The notes under the pieces: model-generated
Seen by the model: the letters and a program-made list of their open reading frames with translations, nothing else
The model's database searches: none
What the model was told of the DNA's origin: nothing
Program-made: the position numbers and the translations under genes
Shown: positions 60,213 through 64,000 of the stretch, piece by piece
Numbering within the stretch: position 1 is the first letter of the stretch
Layout: every line of letters starts with the position of its first letter
Source: an archaeon
Lineage (GTDB): Archaea > Asgardarchaeota > Thorarchaeia > Thorarchaeales > Thorarchaeaceae
DNA: 64,000 bases
Assembly (NCBI GenBank): GCA_024276825.1
Contig: JAJRWI010000004.1
Coordinates: 1-64,000 of the forward strand
Reading direction: 5' to 3'

Positions 60213-61030
60213 CTCTTCTTGACTAGGCATCCAACTTCAACAAGCTTGTTGATCAAGAACCACAATGCAGTACTGTCATATGGGAGAGACTCTAGTACAT
60301 CCTTTATCCTTCTTATTCCATCAAATGACAGCATCACATCTTCAAGAGGCTTGCCATACTGGGCCTTGAGTCTAGTCAGCACAAACTCTTTGACTTCTGC
60401 TTTTTCAAGGATATCTGATTCACTCAGTCTACTTTTGAACTCGATGCAGTCGAATTTGCCAAGAATAGAGATCAGAGCGATGACTTCCTCATCTGGCAAT
60501 TGAATAAGGTCCATGATTTCTGCAACTGTTCTTTTTCCATTAATGAACGCTTCAACCTGCTCAAGCTTCTTATCTATGATCCCAACGCGATAGGGAATAC
60601 TATCACATGACTTGATAAGAGATGGCACAAGATCCAAGTCTGGAACAAAATATGGAAACGCTTTCAAGACATCTAAAGTGAACTCCCTATAGACTCTAAC
60701 ATCGCCTTCAAAATTATCGAGGACTGTCCCATGCTTCTCCTCAATCTCTTCTAGTATCCTTCTCATTCTCTCTCTATAGGGCTCCTCATCGGGGACTGGG
60801 TCTACAACTAATAGAATAAGCACATGCTTGCCAACTTCTATCAAAATGTCATAAATGGCTTTCCGAATTGTTCGGATTGGATTCTTGGCAAAGATGATCA
60901 CCGCAGTCACAAAGCCTGCAATGAGGTCTGGATCAACAGTCATCTTGGCGTACGGCACATTTAGGATTGATTCACCACCTTCTAGACGTATCACCGAAAT
61001 GTACCGTACTTTCGAAGTTTCCATCATCAT
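60209..61030 (-). CDS. Longin plus tandem winged-helix protein (NPRL2-like)
   Basis: VDPDLIAGFVTA longin motif; LVP; FINGKRTV and FDGIRRI repeats. Confidence 0.65.
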   Translation of the reverse strand: MMMETSKVRYISVIRLEGGESILNVPYAKMTVDPDLIAGFVTAVIIFAKNPIRTIRKAIYDILIEVGKHVLILLVVDPVPDEEPYRERMRRILEEIEEKHGTVLDNFEGDVRVYREFTLDVLKAFPYFVPDLDLVPSLIKSCDSIPYRVGIIDKKLEQVEAFINGKRTVAEIMDLIQLPDEEVIALISILGKFDCIEFKSRLSESDILEKAEVKEFVLTRLKAQYGKPLEDVMLSFDGIRRIKDVLESLPYDSTALWFLINKLVEVGCLVKKS

Positions 61031-61137
61031 TGTTCCAGACCTTCTTGCTTGCCGCTACTCACCATAATTACTTGATATGATTTCACCCTCCATGTTGTCA
61101 AGACTTACCCTGAACATTGAGGGAGCTTTTTCCCTCT

Positions 61138-62007
61138 TCAATCTTCAGCTGCCTCCTCCATGTCTGACTTGTGGGCGAGTACATTCAGAGTTATAAGTGT
61201 CTTGGCTATTGTTCTCACAACTTCAACACCCGTAGGGAGCAAGTCACAAACTTCTTTAAGAGTCCGCGTTCCATCGAACAAATCAAGGATTTGGTTCAGC
61301 TGATCGCCATAAGCTACAAAATAGCTTTTTGGCGGGTCCATCACCTTGATCAGCACGGTATTGTCTGTGAGTGGGCGCGAGAAGATGATCCATTTATATC
61401 TATCAAGCATGGAGAAAATCGCTACAACCTCTTCTTCTGGCAATCCTGAGGCTTCAATGATCTCTCTGACAGTTCTCTTTCCATTGATGAATCCGAGGAT
61501 CAGCTCGATTTTTTCATAGGTTGTTTCCACGCTCCATGGAATCTCCTGTTTGTAATCTGGTGTCGCCTCTGACTTTGCAACAATGCTTGGCACCAGATCA
61601 AGATTAACACGATTGTATGGAAACACGCTAAGAATGAATAAAGCGAACTCCCTGAATGGGCGAATGTCTCCCTTCCAATTGTTCAATTTTGTTTCATATC
61701 TCTCTTCAAATGCATTGATGATTAATTTTAGAGATTCTCTATATGGCTCCTCACTCTCGACTTTATCAATGATCAGGATTCCAATGATATGCTTTCCTTC
61801 CTCTATGAGAACAATATAGCCTTCTTTGGTGAAGTTCCTTAATTGTTGCTCCTCGTATATCACCACCGCAAGAACAAAACTGGCAACAAGGTCTGGATCC
61901 ACTTTCATCTCTCGATATGGTATTCCTAATATAGGCTCACCACCTTCTCTTCTCACAAGTGATATGTAGCGGATCTTCTCCTCATCAACAGTTTCGTTCA
62001 TCATCAA
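61138..62007 (-). CDS. Longin plus tandem winged-helix protein (NPRL2-like), paralog of the neighbour
   Basis: VDPDLVASFVLA; LVP; FINGKRTV and FDGTRTL repeats. Confidence 0.65.
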   Translation of the reverse strand: MMMNETVDEEKIRYISLVRREGGEPILGIPYREMKVDPDLVASFVLAVVIYEEQQLRNFTKEGYIVLIEEGKHIIGILIIDKVESEEPYRESLKLIINAFEERYETKLNNWKGDIRPFREFALFILSVFPYNRVNLDLVPSIVAKSEATPDYKQEIPWSVETTYEKIELILGFINGKRTVREIIEASGLPEEEVVAIFSMLDRYKWIIFSRPLTDNTVLIKVMDPPKSYFVAYGDQLNQILDLFDGTRTLKEVCDLLPTGVEVVRTIAKTLITLNVLAHKSDMEEAAED

Positions 62008-62081
62008 ACTCCAACTATTACATTTCTCTAATATATAGTTGGGTGATATATTTACTGCATGACTTGCAACAATTCAATGAT

Positions 62082-62969
62082 TCAGAAGAACTCTTCAAGC
62101 GACGATTGAGCCTCTACACTGATGCTTTCATTGATGTTAAGGTCATACCCTATAATCCCTTTAAGGTCCACGATTTGATATGAGTGTGATATGTCTGTTA
62201 TCAATAGTGAGCCCTTCATACCAACCACTTCTCCCACAATTCTGAGGTTTCTAGAATTGTTTCTCATTGTGAACAATGAATATGGGTTGCGCTTAATATT
62301 TGGAAAAGCATAATATTTCGATAAAGGAATAATCATATATTCAGGATATTCGTTTAACAGACCATTATTCTTAAGGAATGCATGGACCAGTTCTTTTGCG
62401 CTTTTCCTGTCTGGTGACTTGAACAACATCACAACTTTTCTCTGACTACGGACTTGCTTCGCAATTCCTTCAAGTTTCCCAATCTTGCTTTCAATCTGCC
62501 TTGCTAATTTTCCGCCTGTCACTCTCTCTAGGATAACCCCAAAATCTGCCCCTTGTTCAACCCACCGTGTGAAAAGGCGGTTCTCAGTAGATACCCCAAC
62601 TTTAAGAATAGAGTCACCGAAAATTGCTAGATAGACCACATAGTCAGTAATTCTACAAGTTTCCCAGCGTTCGGGAGTGGCCAAACAAGTGTTTCCAGTA
62701 CATCTGACACATGATGAATAGAAGTCAGCAGCATCACATGATTTGCATCTTGCGCCAATCGATGCACGAGCATGATCCGGACATGGGACCTGCATAGCTT
62801 CATGGTTTGCAAACCCAATGCACATCCTCGGACCTGTCACCTGCCAGCTTACTCTTTCGCCTGATTGTATCTGCAAAAACTCAAGCCTCGTTCTTTTCTC
62901 ATCCCAAGCCATGATGCCTGAAGTGAACTTGTCATCTTGTTTTTGCCATTTAATCGAAACAATTTGCAT
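62082..62969 (-). CDS. DUF2797-domain protein
   Basis: C.G...CP, VYLA, LKVGVS...RW.EQGA, G.KG. Confidence 0.8.
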   Translation of the reverse strand: MQIVSIKWQKQDDKFTSGIMAWDEKRTRLEFLQIQSGERVSWQVTGPRMCIGFANHEAMQVPCPDHARASIGARCKSCDAADFYSSCVRCTGNTCLATPERWETCRITDYVVYLAIFGDSILKVGVSTENRLFTRWVEQGADFGVILERVTGGKLARQIESKIGKLEGIAKQVRSQRKVVMLFKSPDRKSAKELVHAFLKNNGLLNEYPEYMIIPLSKYYAFPNIKRNPYSLFTMRNNSRNLRIVGEVVGMKGSLLITDISHSYQIVDLKGIIGYDLNINESISVEAQSSLEEFF

Positions 62970-62978
62970 CTAACAGCC

Positions 62979-64000
62979 TCAAAACCAACCGATTCGTGAC
63001 TTTCCAGTTACCATCCATTCAACCCCAGCAATATTAAGGTCAGCGTGACATTTCGGACATTTGCCATCTTCATCAAGATGATTTGCTTTTAGGAATACCG
63101 AATAACGATCAACTGCAATAGTCCCGCAATTTGGACAAAAAGTGTTCTCATAATCGTGTCCTGCAATGTTTCCTGAATAAACAAACACAAGACCCTCTTC
63201 TTTTGCTATTCTGATATGGCGTTCAAGCATGCTGGGCGGGGTTCTTGGCAGGTGTGTCATTTTGTAAGTCGGAGCAAATGCAATTATATGAAAGGGTGTT
63301 CGTTCGCCAAGATTCTCAACGACCCATCTTGCCAACTTTCTTGTGTCCTCTTTAAAGTCCCCAACCTCTGGAATGATCAGATTAGTCAATTCAATGAATA
63401 CACCATTCTCCTTCAGTCGTTTCATTGACTCGAATATTGGAGTGACCTTGGGCACAGACATCAGATTCTTGTAGAAATCAGGATTTCCGCTGCCTTTGAA
63501 ATTAATAGACGCTGCATCGAGATTTGGATGAATGGCATCAATGGCTTCTTTCGTCATGTAGCCGTTGGTCACAATTGTATTGAACATGCCTTTCTTATGA
63601 GCAAGTTCAGCGGTATCACAAGCAAACTCCCAGAACACTGTTGGTTCAGTATAGGTGTAAGTGATTCCTGAACATCCATAATGTTCTGCAAGGTTGACAA
63701 TGTCATCTGGGCTTAGATGTTCTCCCACAGGTTTTTCCCTATGCGCCGAGTGATAATTTAGACAGAATTGACATCGAAAGTTGCATGATGACGTACTGAT
63801 GGAGAAAGTACGAGACCCTGGTGCAAAATGAAAAAGTGGCTTTTTTTCGATAGGATCCGCTGCCATGCCGTCAATGAGTCCATATACCATCGTGTACAGC
63901 TCTCCATCCTTCATATACCTCACTCTGCAGAAGCCAAATTCCTTCTCTCTTAGAACGCATCGCCTTGCGCAGAGGTCGCATCGGATACCATTGGGAATTT
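62979..64000 (-). CDS. AmmeMemoRadiSam-system radical SAM enzyme (5' end outside window)
   Basis: CDLCARRC near 63960-63980, DPIEKKPLFHF, CNFRCQFC, YTYTEP, C-terminal CxxC pairs. Confidence 0.9.
   Translation of the reverse strand, partial: IPNGIRCDLCARRCVLREKEFGFCRVRYMKDGELYTMVYGLIDGMAADPIEKKPLFHFAPGSRTFSISTSSCNFRCQFCLNYHSAHREKPVGEHLSPDDIVNLAEHYGCSGITYTYTEPTVFWEFACDTAELAHKKGMFNTIVTNGYMTKEAIDAIHPNLDAASINFKGSGNPDFYKNLMSVPKVTPIFESMKRLKENGVFIELTNLIIPEVGDFKEDTRKLARWVVENLGERTPFHIIAFAPTYKMTHLPRTPPSMLERHIRIAKEEGLVFVYSGNIAGHDYENTFCPNCGTIAVDRYSVFLKANHLDEDGKCPKCHADLNIAGVEWMVTGKSRIGWF

Noticed and set aside
1-64000. tRNA, rRNA, CRISPR array, autonomous transposase or integrase
   Set aside because: None recognised by eye; most remaining short ORFs are shadows of called genes.

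Overview
Archaeal chromosomal window, very likely Asgard archaeon (Thorarchaeota-like). This is inferred from gelsolin-type, roadblock and longin/NPRL2-like proteins alongside archaeal housekeeping genes: rps17e, DNA ligase, mptA/queD-like, metG, the HMG-CoA synthase-thiolase-DUF35 cluster, PPAT-DPCK, nnr, thiR-thiBPQ, cdc48-hsp20 and top6B/A. The most striking unannotated signal is a ~182-188 bp non-coding mobile element in three diverged copies (3720-3901 -, 12252-12439 -, 13059-13245 +). Each copy is bounded by GG dinucleotides, has no terminal inverted repeats, and carries sub-terminal TTGGACA-type repeats, an internal TATA-like box and a hairpin with compensatory base changes whose loop can pair with the element's right junction. 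This resembles an IS607/TnpB-type omega-RNA mini-element. One copy interrupts a decayed duplicate of the MarR-SDR divergon. Other notable items: a caspase-fold secreted protein plus membrane partner (toxin-immunity-like), a STAND NTPase with ten Trp-rich repeats, an in-frame TGA in metG, a divergent topoisomerase VI operon with an altered DxD motif, a tandem NPRL2/NPRL3-like pair, and a gelsolin-rich neighbourhood. All family calls come from motif recognition by eye; no searches were run.
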